A DNA stretch of 29,820 nt from Candidatus Heimdallarchaeota archaeon. Its GTDB lineage: Archaea; Asgardarchaeota; Heimdallarchaeia; Heimdallarchaeales; Heimdallarchaeaceae. The translations under genes were made by a program, and so were the position numbers. The notes under the pieces were generated by a model that did no database searches, had not been told where the DNA came from, and saw nothing but the letters and a program-made list of their open reading frames with translations. Numbering within the stretch: position 1 is the stretch's first letter; each line of letters begins with the position of its first letter. Positions 1 to 9,996 of the stretch are shown in pieces. The stretch is from contig JABCTC010000040.1 of the NCBI GenBank assembly GCA_018238545.1, positions 1 to 29,820 on the forward strand, given 5' to 3'.

Positions 1-237
1 AGTTTCCTGGATAATGAGTACCCTAAAAAACGTAAAAAGTACAAGGGGAAAAGGATCCACCGAGGGCTGTTTCGTTCTGCTCAAGGCCACTTGATCAATG
101 CTGACGTTAATGCCGCATACAACATTCTGATAAAAAGCGATCCGAAAGCTCTACCTAAACGTAGTGCGAACGGGGTAGGAGGATACGTGATGTATCCACT
201 CAGAGTAAGTATAGAGTGTCTTCGCCCTATATCATGA
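1..237 (+). mobile_element. tnpB: 3' end of IS200/IS605-family TnpB (RNA-guided RuvC nuclease), truncated by window edge
   Basis: Frame 1 translates as SFLDNEYPKKRKKYKGKRIHRGLFRSAQGHLINADVNAAYNILIK...RPIS*, stop TGA at 235-237. NADVNAAYNI is the RuvC-III motif. Not in the ORF track because the start lies outside the window. Confidence 0.9.
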
Positions 238-310
238 GCTCTAAGCACGACATGTACCTAGCTTTGTCTAATAAGACAAGAAGACAAATAAGCATCATTA
301 AGTGAAAACC
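175..310 (+). ncRNA. Candidate TnpB reRNA/omegaRNA scaffold and IS right end
   Basis: Hairpin GGATAC(181-186)/GTATCC(192-197) lies inside the tnpB 3' end. TTTGTCT(263-269) can pair with AGACAA(274-279) or AGACAAA(282-288). This is where reRNAs normally lie, but boundaries are not determined. Confidence 0.4.
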
Positions 311-361
311 CTCTTTCAGATAAACATACTTTTTAACTTCAAAAAGATAGGAGAAATAATA

Positions 362-2338
362 ATGCCATTAGATATCAAAACTCCTTTAAAGCCAAGAGGA
401 GACCAACCAAAAGCCATTCAAAAGATATTCGGAGGAATAAAAAGAGGGGATCGATGTCAGACGCTTCTGGGAGTAACCGGTTCTGGCAAAACTTTTTCGA
501 TGGCCCATATTATTAACAAAATTAAGAAACCTACTTTGATTATTGGTCCTAACAAAACTCTAGTGGCTCAGCTTTTTGGTGAGTTTAAAACTCTCTTTCC
601 TTCTGCAAGCGTCAACTATTATGTTTCCTTTTATGATTATTATCAACCTGAAGCTTATCTTCCTTCAAAGGATATGTATATTGAGAAGGATGTTGATATA
701 AACGAGGAAATTGAGCGTTTACGCCATACGGCTTTAGAAGCTCTTGCCACTCGTGATGATGTTATTGTATGTGCATCTGTTTCATGTATCTATGGCACCG
801 GTCCTCCTGAATTATACCGTTCCAATCAGATAAAATTGAATATAGGTGATACTCTTGATCGACAAAAATTAATGCTTGAACTTGTCAAAAACCAATATCA
901 ACGAAATGATGTTGCTCTCACTCGTAGATGTTTTAGAGTTCGCGGAGATTCTATTGATATATTCCCCTTATATGGTGATTATGTTTATCGCATAGAATTC
1001 TTCGGAGATGAGATTGAGCGTTTGACTGCCCGCCATCCGGTATCCGCAGAGAAGATGAGAGAATATGAACACTTGTCAATCTTTCCAGGGACACAATACC
1101 TTGCCAATGATGCCTACTTTGAGAGCGCTCTGGAAGATATATCGGTGGAACTTGAAATGCGTTTTGCTGAATTGGAAAAAGAAAACAAAGTGGTAGAAAG
1201 TCACCGATTGAAACAACGAGCACTTTATGATTTAGAATTATTAAGAGAAACTGGATCCTGTCCAGGCATTGAAAACTACTCAAGACACTTTGATAGAAGG
1301 AAACCTGGAGAACAACCTTATACCCTTCTTGATCACTTTCCAGAGGATTTCCTGTTACTTATTGATGAATCACATTTAACGATACCACAAATAAGAGGAA
1401 TGTATGGTGGTGATCGGTCTCGAAAGAAAAACCTGATCGATTATGGTTTTAGACTGCCCTCTGCAGCAGATAATCGCCCCTTTACATTCGATGAATTCAA
1501 TAATTACATGAAAACCGTGATTTTTACTAGTGCTACACCGGGTCCTCATGAATTTGAGGTATCAAGTCAGGTTGTTGAACAAATTATACGTCCTACTGGA
1601 TTATTAGATCCAAAGATAAATGTAAAAAAAACAGATGGACAAATTGTTGATTTGATAAGTGAGATTAATCAGAGAACAAGTAAGGGAGAAAGAGTTCTTG
1701 TAACAACTTTGACCAAACAAAGCGCTGAAACTCTATCAGATTACCTCCTTGATATGAAAATTAAATCAGTTTATCTTCATCATGAAGTAAATACCTTAGA
1801 GAGGATTGCCATCCTCCGCGATTTAAGATTAGGAAAGTATGACGTAGTAGTTGGTATTAATCTGTTAAGAGAAGGCTTGGATTTGCCAGAAGTAGCTCTC
1901 GTAGCTATTCTTGATGCAGACAAGGAAGGTTTTTTGAGGTCTAGGCGTTCCCTAATACAACTAATGGGACGAGCTAGCAGAAATATCCACGGTAGTGTTA
2001 TTCTATATGCCGACAATCTAACTGATTCAATGAAAACAGCTATCACGGAAAATAATCGTAGAAGAAAGATACAACAAGATTACAATAAAAAACACAATAT
2101 TAAACCAGCAACAATCAGAAAAGAAGTTAAATCCATTGTAGAACATCTTATGCAAATTACGCCAAAAGAAGAAGAAAAGATTGAAGTGCCTAAGGGGCTT
2201 ACAAAGGAAGATCTTCTTTATGTTATTGAAGATTTAACAGGTCAAATGGCTGAAGCAGCAGGAAAATTGGATTTCGAAAAAGCTGCTCTTTACCGCGATA
2301 AAATTCGAGAACTTGAGAAATTGGTGGAAAGTAGATGA
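362..2338 (+). CDS. uvrB: Excinuclease ABC subunit B
   Basis: GDQPKAI, Walker A GVTGSGKT, FYDYYQPEAY beta-hairpin, DESH, LREGLDLPEV and C-terminal UVR motif. ATG at 362 follows SD-like AGGAGA (349-354), preferred over the GTG at 302. Confidence 0.97.
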   Translation: MPLDIKTPLKPRGDQPKAIQKIFGGIKRGDRCQTLLGVTGSGKTFSMAHIINKIKKPTLIIGPNKTLVAQLFGEFKTLFPSASVNYYVSFYDYYQPEAYLPSKDMYIEKDVDINEEIERLRHTALEALATRDDVIVCASVSCIYGTGPPELYRSNQIKLNIGDTLDRQKLMLELVKNQYQRNDVALTRRCFRVRGDSIDIFPLYGDYVYRIEFFGDEIERLTARHPVSAEKMREYEHLSIFPGTQYLANDAYFESALEDISVELEMRFAELEKENKVVESHRLKQRALYDLELLRETGSCPGIENYSRHFDRRKPGEQPYTLLDHFPEDFLLLIDESHLTIPQIRGMYGGDRSRKKNLIDYGFRLPSAADNRPFTFDEFNNYMKTVIFTSATPGPHEFEVSSQVVEQIIRPTGLLDPKINVKKTDGQIVDLISEINQRTSKGERVLVTTLTKQSAETLSDYLLDMKIKSVYLHHEVNTLERIAILRDLRLGKYDVVVGINLLREGLDLPEVALVAILDADKEGFLRSRRSLIQLMGRASRNIHGSVILYADNLTDSMKTAITENNRRRKIQQDYNKKHNIKPATIRKEVKSIVEHLMQITPKEEEKIEVPKGLTKEDLLYVIEDLTGQMAEAAGKLDFEKAALYRDKIRELEKLVESR

Positions 2339-4143
2339 GTCTTTTATCAGATTTAGAATCTTTACCTTTGGAACCAGGTGTTTATCTTATTAAGGATAAG
2401 AATGAAAAAATCGTATATGTTGGCAAAGCTAAAAACATTCGAAATAGAGTTAAGCAGCATTTTCAAACTACTCCTGACCCAAAAGAGGAGAAATTACAAG
2501 AGTTAGCAAACAGGGTAGATTGGGTAATCACCAGAAATGAATCAGAGGCTCTGATTTTAGAAAAGAAATTAGTGAAACAACTTTCACCTAAATTAAATAG
2601 TCAACTAAAAGACGATAAATCACATCTTCTAATCCGCATATCGATGGAAGATAAATACCCCCAGTTTTATATTACTAGAGAAACTGATTCTAGAATTCCT
2701 AAAAGTGTATACTTTGGTCCCTTTACTAATGATACAATGCTCAGACAAACAGCAAAGCTTGTTCTGAAACTCTTTCCAATATGTGATTGTGGGAAGTGCA
2801 AAGAACAAACTAGAAAAAGTAAAGCTCCTCTCCGTTGCATGAGAGAAAGATTAGGCAGGTGTTTGGCCCCTTGTGTGAATGATGTTTCTCCTGAAGAATA
2901 CGGAAAAACAGTCAGAAACGTTATCGCCTTTTTAAAGGGAGACGTTGCAGATTTACTTGATAATCTTGAAGGGGAAATGTGGGCGGCTTCTGAAGGATCT
3001 AATTTTGAAAAAGCTGCAAACCTACGTGACCTTATTCAAGCTGTTTATGCAATTTTGAATATGCAAAAAGACCTGCACTCAAAGAAAAGAAATGTTGACT
3101 TATTGGCTTACAGAGAAGAGTCTAATATCCTTTCTTTGTGTAAGATAGAAATTCGCGAATATCGAATTCACAACATTAAAACTTTCATTTATGACGAGAA
3201 AGAAGAAATGGTTAATTTGGGTGAAGCATTGACCTACGTTTATGGATTAGATAAACCGAGACATAAGATTCAAGCTAGTGATAACTTCATTTCTAGGTTT
3301 AATAATGATATCAATCTCCCGGTTTTGAGCATTAGGGGAGACACAGCTAAACAATTGAATAATGTTACTGAGAAGAATGCATCTAAAGAATTGCAAAAGT
3401 ATGTACGCGAATTAAAGTACTATGAGGATGCCGAAACTGTTCTGGAGGAAATGAAAAATATACTTAGGTTAGATGAGATGCCAGAGATTATACATGGTTT
3501 TGATATATCAACATTAAAAGGGCAACATTCGGTAGGTTCTTGTGTAGTTTTTGCTGATGGAAAGCCAAAGAAAGACCTATACCGACGTTTTCGTATTCGA
3601 AAAGAATATTCAGATTCAAATGATTATGAGATGATGAAAGAAGTAATTTCCCGTAGATACAAATCTGAAACTCTTAAGAAAGATCCTCTACCGAATTTGT
3701 TGATAGTTGATGGTGGAAAGGGACAATTGAATGTTGCTGTAAAAGTTTTGAAAGGGTTACAATTAAAAATTCCAATGGTAAGTATTGCTAAGAAGAAAGA
3801 AGAAATATTCGTAGAAAATCAGGATGAACCAATTATACTTGAACAAAGGTCAGCTGTTTTGCGGTTAATCCAATATGTCAGAGATGAATCTCATAGATTT
3901 GCAATAAATTACCATAAGAAGCTAAGAGATAAGTCTGTTAAACGAACAATTTTCGATGATATTAAAGGAATTGGCAAGAGTAAAGTCCAAACTCTATTCC
4001 ATGAATACAAAAATATACAAGAAATTGCTAATTCTGATATAAATAAAATGAAAAAAATTCTAGCTGTCAATGAAGAGATAGCTACAAAAGTTATAGATTT
4101 AGCTAAAAAAAGCTTGCACACAAACTACATTCGAGAAAATTAG
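2335..4143 (+). CDS. uvrC: Excinuclease ABC subunit C
   Basis: GIY-YIG (PGVY..YVGKAKN), Cys cluster, UVR motif (FEKAANLRD), RNase H-like GFDIS/DGGKGQ/RDESHRFA and HhH IKGIG. 4-bp overlap with the end of uvrB. Confidence 0.96.
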   Translation: MSLLSDLESLPLEPGVYLIKDKNEKIVYVGKAKNIRNRVKQHFQTTPDPKEEKLQELANRVDWVITRNESEALILEKKLVKQLSPKLNSQLKDDKSHLLIRISMEDKYPQFYITRETDSRIPKSVYFGPFTNDTMLRQTAKLVLKLFPICDCGKCKEQTRKSKAPLRCMRERLGRCLAPCVNDVSPEEYGKTVRNVIAFLKGDVADLLDNLEGEMWAASEGSNFEKAANLRDLIQAVYAILNMQKDLHSKKRNVDLLAYREESNILSLCKIEIREYRIHNIKTFIYDEKEEMVNLGEALTYVYGLDKPRHKIQASDNFISRFNNDINLPVLSIRGDTAKQLNNVTEKNASKELQKYVRELKYYEDAETVLEEMKNILRLDEMPEIIHGFDISTLKGQHSVGSCVVFADGKPKKDLYRRFRIRKEYSDSNDYEMMKEVISRRYKSETLKKDPLPNLLIVDGGKGQLNVAVKVLKGLQLKIPMVSIAKKKEEIFVENQDEPIILEQRSAVLRLIQYVRDESHRFAINYHKKLRDKSVKRTIFDDIKGIGKSKVQTLFHEYKNIQEIANSDINKMKKILAVNEEIATKVIDLAKKSLHTNYIREN

Positions 4144-4162
4144 AATAAATAACTATAAAAGA

Positions 4163-4188
4163 CACTAAGTGAATAAATTTATTTAGTG
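4163..4188. promoter_or_regulatory. Imperfect inverted repeat between TATA-like box and ATG (operator or leader hairpin candidate)
   Basis: CACTAAGTGAAT-AA-ATTTATTTAGTG gives 12 pairs including two G.T. It sits just after CTATAAAA (4153-4160) and 9 bp before ATG 4198. Confidence 0.35.
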
Positions 4189-4197
4189 AATTAGTAG

Positions 4198-5067
4198 ATG
4201 AGAAAAAGATTATTTGTCAATTTAAGCGTTCTTTTACTTTTTACATCGTTGATTTTTGTTACACCAACAGAAGCAGCAACCAATTGGGGAGTTGAAACAG
4301 ATGTAATAAATAAATATGAACTGATAACTCTCAAGTTGGGAGGTTTAAATTATGCTGATTATTTAGCTGAAAATTTGACTATGAGAGTAGCTTTTGACAG
4401 TTTTACTGATACTGGATATACTTATACTACCTATAATTCTACAGGAGGCACTTCAGTTAATGAAACAATTTTTGTTGAAATGCCTGTAGGAGAAGAAAAT
4501 GTAACTTTACCGGTAGGACTACCCATTGCTCTACCATTGTCTATAGGAACAATTCCTGATTATCTCCTATATTTTGGTCAGTTTATAAATACGTCAAATT
4601 CATTTTACCTTCTTGAGGAATTGTTACTCAACATCACTGAATATGCAAATGTAACATATACTGCAGCACATTCTTTGTTAGATGAAACATATTTGAGATT
4701 GTATTTTGATCTGTTTGCTCCAGAAGTTAACTCATCAATTCTTTCTGAACTGATGGGTGATGGTGATGCAGGTTTACCAATTAGTTTGCCTGTTAATATA
4801 ACAGATTTCAAACTTAATACAACTATTAAATTTAACTCGACAAGTGGTTTATTCTACGATTTAGACATGAAAATACGTTCCAAGTCTCATATTGATGAGT
4901 ACACAGAAGCTTTCGATATCGATATCAAATATGCTCTTTATGTTCCTCCTCCTCCCCCTGAACCTGAGCCTGAGCCTGAACCTACTGAATCTCCATATCC
5001 GTGGTTTATACCATCTATTGCCGCTTTCGCAGTGATAAGTATACTAATAGTTAGAAGAAGGAAATAA
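4198..5067 (+). CDS. Secreted, C-terminally anchored cell-surface (glyco)protein
   Basis: Signal peptide (MRKR + hydrophobic + AEA), many N-x-S/T sequons, PPPPPEPEPEPEP linker, then PYPWF + TM helix + RRRK tail. Confidence 0.8.
   Translation: MRKRLFVNLSVLLLFTSLIFVTPTEAATNWGVETDVINKYELITLKLGGLNYADYLAENLTMRVAFDSFTDTGYTYTTYNSTGGTSVNETIFVEMPVGEENVTLPVGLPIALPLSIGTIPDYLLYFGQFINTSNSFYLLEELLLNITEYANVTYTAAHSLLDETYLRLYFDLFAPEVNSSILSELMGDGDAGLPISLPVNITDFKLNTTIKFNSTSGLFYDLDMKIRSKSHIDEYTEAFDIDIKYALYVPPPPPEPEPEPEPTESPYPWFIPSIAAFAVISILIVRRRK
4945..4989 (+). repeat. Coding micro-repeat (CCT)n/(CCTGAR)n encoding Pro-Glu linker
   Basis: cctcctcctccccctgaacctgagcctgagcctgaacctactgaa. Confidence 0.7.
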
Positions 5068-5110
5068 CTTTCCTTATTTCTTCACTTTTTTGTGCACAAC
5101 TTTTTTTTAA
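5058..5110 (+). terminator. Hairpin plus oligo-T tracts after surface protein gene
   Basis: AAGGAAA-TAAC-TTTCCTT spans the stop codon and is followed by T-runs. Confidence 0.45.
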
Positions 5111-5138
5111 TTCTAAACTATTCGTTTAATGAAATATC

Positions 5139-6254
5139 TTGATTCTTAAACAAGAAGAATATTTGATTCTCAAACATATTCTCAAAGAACCTATCATTCC
5201 TTATAGTAAATTAGCTGAACAAATTAAAATATCTCCTCCAACAGTGAAGAAGCGAATTGAGAAACTAATTGAGGAAAAAGTTATCAAAAGCTTTCATGCT
5301 GAGTATCATCCTGAGTCATTAGGTTTGGAAAGTCACATATTTCTCTTGCGTGTAGATTCAATTGATAAATATAGAATCGTTGAAAAAATTATTGACTATC
5401 ACCCATATCTAGTAGTTAGACAACGATGCTATGGAGGGATAACAGGAATATTTCTGAAAGTACATATCCCTATAGGTACAATAAACAAGTTTCTTGAATT
5501 TCTTAAATACATTAAGGATAGCAACCTTATTGCTGAGATCGTGCATTCAACAACAATAGGAACGGGCATTAAAACCCATAGTGACCTTACATATTGGGAT
5601 TCCAGTACTAGTAAATGGTTCTTCAGTTGGGATATCTGGAAGAAAAATGTTGACAGCGTTGATTATATTCCCCAATATGATTATTTTCAAAGAATAGCTA
5701 GAGAAAAACCTAAGAACGTTTTAAGTCATCTGAAATATCTTGATTTTCTTTTGTTACAAGAGATGGTTCGAGATCCTACCCAGAAATATGCAGACTTATC
5801 AAAACAACTAGGAACACCACAATATACTATTTCTCGCCGTAAGAAATTTTTGAACAAATATGTAATCCGAAATTATCTTGTAGAGGTTGATCGATCATTC
5901 TTTGGGCTTGAAGATGAGTTGGTTTTCAAAGTAATATGTAGTCAGCGTGCAATGACAAAAATTATCTATCTGATTAAGAACCTCCCCCTACCTTTTGAAT
6001 CAGATTTTCGTCATACTGAAAAGGGTTTTCTCTGGAAAATGCTTCTTCCTCCCAAGGACAAATTGGAACTAATTAACCTTCTTTGGTCACTATTTCCTGA
6101 TTTACAAATAATGATGCTTGACCCTCAAACAACTGTTACAAAACCATTTAATCCCAATAATTATTCATATATTGATCAATCTTGGAAGGATTCGGCTGAG
6201 TATATGATAGAACAATCGCTAGATAAAGCTCGTGGGGAATTAATACTAGCATAA
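5139..6254 (+). CDS. Lrp/AsnC-type transcriptional regulator with two tandem wHTH units
   Basis: N-terminal YSKLAEQIKISPPTVKKRIEKL; second HTH YADLSKQLGTPQYTISRR. TTG start. Confidence 0.8.
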   Translation: MILKQEEYLILKHILKEPIIPYSKLAEQIKISPPTVKKRIEKLIEEKVIKSFHAEYHPESLGLESHIFLLRVDSIDKYRIVEKIIDYHPYLVVRQRCYGGITGIFLKVHIPIGTINKFLEFLKYIKDSNLIAEIVHSTTIGTGIKTHSDLTYWDSSTSKWFFSWDIWKKNVDSVDYIPQYDYFQRIAREKPKNVLSHLKYLDFLLLQEMVRDPTQKYADLSKQLGTPQYTISRRKKFLNKYVIRNYLVEVDRSFFGLEDELVFKVICSQRAMTKIIYLIKNLPLPFESDFRHTEKGFLWKMLLPPKDKLELINLLWSLFPDLQIMMLDPQTTVTKPFNPNNYSYIDQSWKDSAEYMIEQSLDKARGELILA

Positions 6255-6280
6255 TTTGCATTTAAGGAAATAAAACTTAG

Positions 6281-6295
6281 TGCCATTTTTTGGCA
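6281..6295. terminator. Palindrome between convergent genes
   Basis: TGCCA-TTTTT-TGGCA directly after the permease stop codon. Confidence 0.3.
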
Positions 6296-9202
6296 TTAAG
6301 TTAATGCTCGAAGCTCATGAACTATTTCATATTTCATCTGCTTTCGGATTGGCGGAATTATTCCTAATACAGCTGCAATTATCAAAGTAACAATCATGAT
6401 AATCAGAGCGACTACGTCAATATGTAAAGTCATCGTCACAACTTCTTGAGACATGAGCAACGGTTTTAGGAAACTGAGTCCCATTAGCGTTGTAATAATG
6501 CCTAAGGGTATCCCAACTATTATTGTGACTAAAACGAATAATGAAATCTCGTAGACAAGCTGTCTTCTTATGTTGCTCTGTCTTCCACCTAATGCCATCA
6601 ACACCGCATATTCCCTTCTTCTTTGTTCTAATATGAATTCAGTTGAGATAACAACATACACAATTGCTATGATGTCAATGAAAATTGCTCCAATCAGTAA
6701 TATTACAGTAATTGGTGGAATATAGTCTGTTATGAAATAACCAATATAGTCAGGGTTGATCTTATCTGGATTTACAATGAACAGAGGATTAAGAGCTTTT
6801 ATTTGATCGCTAATCGCTTCAATATCTGCACCATCACTAACGTCTGCAAGGAAAAGCGTACCATTTTCTACACCTAAATCAGTGAAAAGCTCTTCGTTTA
6901 CAAGTGCCCACTCGCTTGTAATTCTATTCATTTTAGGATCATGTCCATGTGCAACTCCCAAACCTGGTGCTGAATTAATGATAGCAGATACATTGAATCG
7001 CATGTAAAATGGTCCACCTCTAAAATCTGTTACAAACATAGTTCTTCCTACAGAGAAACCAAGTCTTTCAGATGTATACTTACTAAGAATAATTCCCGTT
7101 TGATTCGCACCTAAGTCTGCTAAAGCGTCATCTGAATTAACATCTGGAAAACTCTCATCTAGCCACCTACCTATATTCGAATAATCTGTTGGATTTATGC
7201 CGAAAACCTCTACATTTTGATAGCCGATTGAGGCTATTATTGAATAAAACCCTAATGATTTCTCAATTCCAGGGATACTGTCAATCATCTCTTCGTATTC
7301 TGAAATATTGACTGGGAGAATGCTTTGGATTCTTATGTCTGATCCGTTTCTATAGGCGTCTTCTGCCTTGATATTGTTGATAGTTGTCGATCTTATCATG
7401 ATAAAAGAACTCAATAAACATACCATTAACACTAAGAAGAAAGTCAAATCAGTTAAGCTTTTTCTTGACCTTTTGATATTTCTAAAGATAAAGAAATTTC
7501 TTCTTTTGAATATTCGTTTATATATACCCTCAATATTTTTTAGTAGATAATTTATTCCAATAGCTGTGAAGTAACACCCAAAGAAAATGACTCCAATAAA
7601 AGCGTAGAGAGTCTTGGAACTAGCGGATATTAGATTGAAGCCAAATGTGTAGCTCTGTTTTGCTATGGCCGCATAATCTAAATATAGAAATACAAAACCA
7701 GCAATAATTAAGGCAAATGCAGCTATTTTCATACTTAGACCTACAATCTGTTGCCCCTTTCTAGTTATCAGAAATGATTCTTGAATATCTTTTCTAACAT
7801 ACGAAATTACATTGATTAGTGTGACCCCTAGATATATTCCCAATACTAAAACCGCAAAGATTTCTATCTCATATGGAGAAATCTCCAAGTACTGGAAATA
7901 CCTCACAAAGAGAGTTGTGCTAAAGAATCCACCATGTCCAAATGATGGAATAAGTGCAGAGGTCAATATCCCAAAACCTATGCTTAAAACAAGAGAAATG
8001 CTACTTATAAGAACGAATTCACCGAAGAAAAGTCCAATTATCTGACTGCTTGCTGCTCCTCTTGATCTTAAGAAAGCAATTTCTTCTCTTCTTCTCTTAA
8101 TTGTAATCTGTGTAGATAACACTGTTAGAAAAATTGCTGATGCAATGGTCGGTAGAAATAATGAAGTAGCACTAAAAGCTCTTCGATACTCATCTGCCAT
8201 AGTTTGGATTTCTTGAGAGAGAATATAACAAAACGAATGGTAAAACCTGATTTCTATTCTTTCTTTTAGAGCAAGCAGGTTATCTGGCATCTGAGTGATA
8301 CCACCTTCTCTTAATAATTGTGCATTAGTTTTTATTAGTAATCTAGGTAATAATCCATTGCTGTCCATTACAAATAAATCTACTCCAGTCATATCTTCAG
8401 CTGGAAACAATATTGAGTCAAGTATGATTCCACCAGCACCTGCAACTCCTCCCCCCACTAATCTTTCAATTATTGAATTGTGTCCTACGTAGTTATATAT
8501 TCCTGAAATGGTGTAATTTTCATAACTAGTTTCCTCAATATCATAACATTGCATTGTGTGTTCTCCCATATCTGTGTTTGGGATTCTACGAGTGATCGCT
8601 ACATTGAGAACATACCCTGGAGAAATTGTTTCATTATACACTTTTTCTAGCTGTTTTGCTTGGGTATAACTAACCAATATCTCACCAGAATTTAATGTAG
8701 CATTTCCTTCAATTTCCAGATTGAGTTTTATTCTATCAATAGATCGAGAGGATACAATGAATGCTGATGAGAGTGATAATGGATTAGTCATATTTTCTTG
8801 ATTTTCCTCGGGGTACCATCTATAGAACGGTCCCTTGTCCTCATAATTAAACAGGGCCACTGTTGGAAATATCCAATCTACTTGCTTAACCAATGGGTCA
8901 TAAAAGACAAACTCGTAGACTTCATCCATTGCGTTTATCAAAAATGTTGAAATGAACATTTCATAATCTAAAGTTTCAATATAGTCATCGGCAATGATTT
9001 TCTGTGATGTATTAGTCCATATTGACGAAGTAAAGAGAATAGACATTGAAAAAACTAAACCCACAATAATGATGACAGTGCTTCTTTTTTTGTTCTTAAT
9101 ATTCTTCAAAATTAAACGAAGATTAAATAAAAAACCATGAAACACCCTTGAATAAAACGAATTCCTAGTTTCTGAGCTTACAAAATCGTCTTTTTCCATC
9201 AT
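6296..9202 (-). CDS. ABC transporter permease, FtsX/MacB-like with duplicated FtsX domains
   Basis: Two FtsX signatures (RRREEIAFLRSRGA, RRREYAVLMALGG), multiple TM segments and large extracytoplasmic domains. Confidence 0.9.
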   Translation of the reverse strand: MMEKDDFVSSETRNSFYSRVFHGFLFNLRLILKNIKNKKRSTVIIIVGLVFSMSILFTSSIWTNTSQKIIADDYIETLDYEMFISTFLINAMDEVYEFVFYDPLVKQVDWIFPTVALFNYEDKGPFYRWYPEENQENMTNPLSLSSAFIVSSRSIDRIKLNLEIEGNATLNSGEILVSYTQAKQLEKVYNETISPGYVLNVAITRRIPNTDMGEHTMQCYDIEETSYENYTISGIYNYVGHNSIIERLVGGGVAGAGGIILDSILFPAEDMTGVDLFVMDSNGLLPRLLIKTNAQLLREGGITQMPDNLLALKERIEIRFYHSFCYILSQEIQTMADEYRRAFSATSLFLPTIASAIFLTVLSTQITIKRRREEIAFLRSRGAASSQIIGLFFGEFVLISSISLVLSIGFGILTSALIPSFGHGGFFSTTLFVRYFQYLEISPYEIEIFAVLVLGIYLGVTLINVISYVRKDIQESFLITRKGQQIVGLSMKIAAFALIIAGFVFLYLDYAAIAKQSYTFGFNLISASSKTLYAFIGVIFFGCYFTAIGINYLLKNIEGIYKRIFKRRNFFIFRNIKRSRKSLTDLTFFLVLMVCLLSSFIMIRSTTINNIKAEDAYRNGSDIRIQSILPVNISEYEEMIDSIPGIEKSLGFYSIIASIGYQNVEVFGINPTDYSNIGRWLDESFPDVNSDDALADLGANQTGIILSKYTSERLGFSVGRTMFVTDFRGGPFYMRFNVSAIINSAPGLGVAHGHDPKMNRITSEWALVNEELFTDLGVENGTLFLADVSDGADIEAISDQIKALNPLFIVNPDKINPDYIGYFITDYIPPITVILLIGAIFIDIIAIVYVVISTEFILEQRRREYAVLMALGGRQSNIRRQLVYEISLFVLVTIIVGIPLGIITTLMGLSFLKPLLMSQEVVTMTLHIDVVALIIMIVTLIIAAVLGIIPPIRKQMKYEIVHELRALT

Positions 9203-9951
9203 GTTTTATCACCTTTGAATTTATACTTAAAGTTCGTTTCATCAAACTCTATATTATCAAAACTTGATTGGCCATTTTCGACAACTAAACCATTCTGCAT
9301 TAGAAAAACACGTTTTGCTAGTTTAGTTATATAAGGGTCGTGTGTGGTGTAAATAACCGTCATTTGACGTTTTTGAGCAATATCTAATAATAGATTCATT
9401 ATTTCGTCGCCATTTTTACTGTCCAAGGTTCCTGTTGGTTCATCGGCGATTAGAATCGATGGATAATTTGCTATTGCTCTTGCTATGCTTACTCTTTGTT
9501 TTTCACCTGAGCTCAATTCTTCTGGGTGGTTCATCGCTTTTCTCCGCAACCCTACTTGTTCTAGCAGTTCCAATGCTCTTTCTTTTGCTTCATTTTCTGT
9601 TTTTCCTGCTAATATCATTGACGTCATTACATTTTCTAGCGCCGTTAGATGTTCTAGTAAATAGAACTCTTGAAAAATGATACCAATTTCTCGCAATCTA
9701 AAATCATACAACTTATCTAATGTCCACTCACCGATGTTTTCTCCACTGTATAGAACCCTTCCTGAAGTAGGTGCATCTAGTCCTGCTATTATATTTAACA
9801 TTGTTGTTTTCCCAGATCCTGATATCCCTAATAGACAAATTACATCCCCCCTATTAATGTCAAAACTTGTCCCCTGTAGAACTGTTAACTCTTCAGCTTT
9901 AGAAACATAAGTTTTTGTTAAATTCTCAACAGATATGATTTTTTCGCTCAT
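9199..9951 (-). CDS. ABC transporter ATP-binding protein (LolD/MacB-like)
   Basis: GISGSGKT, LSSGEKQR, ILIADEPTGTLD and TTHD motifs. 4-bp overlap with the permease. Confidence 0.95.
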   Translation of the reverse strand: MSEKIISVENLTKTYVSKAEELTVLQGTSFDINRGDVICLLGISGSGKTTMLNIIAGLDAPTSGRVLYSGENIGEWTLDKLYDFRLREIGIIFQEFYLLEHLTALENVMTSMILAGKTENEAKERALELLEQVGLRRKAMNHPEELSSGEKQRVSIARAIANYPSILIADEPTGTLDSKNGDEIMNLLLDIAQKRQMTVIYTTHDPYITKLAKRVFLMQNGLVVENGQSSFDNIEFDETNFKYKFKGDKT

Positions 9952-9996
9952 AGACTTATCGTTCTTTCCGTTTAGATACTTAAATTGTTTTGGATT

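Noticed and set aside
302-361. GTG-start N-terminal extension of UvrB
   Set aside because: UvrB-like sequence begins after ATG 362, which has an SD-like motif.
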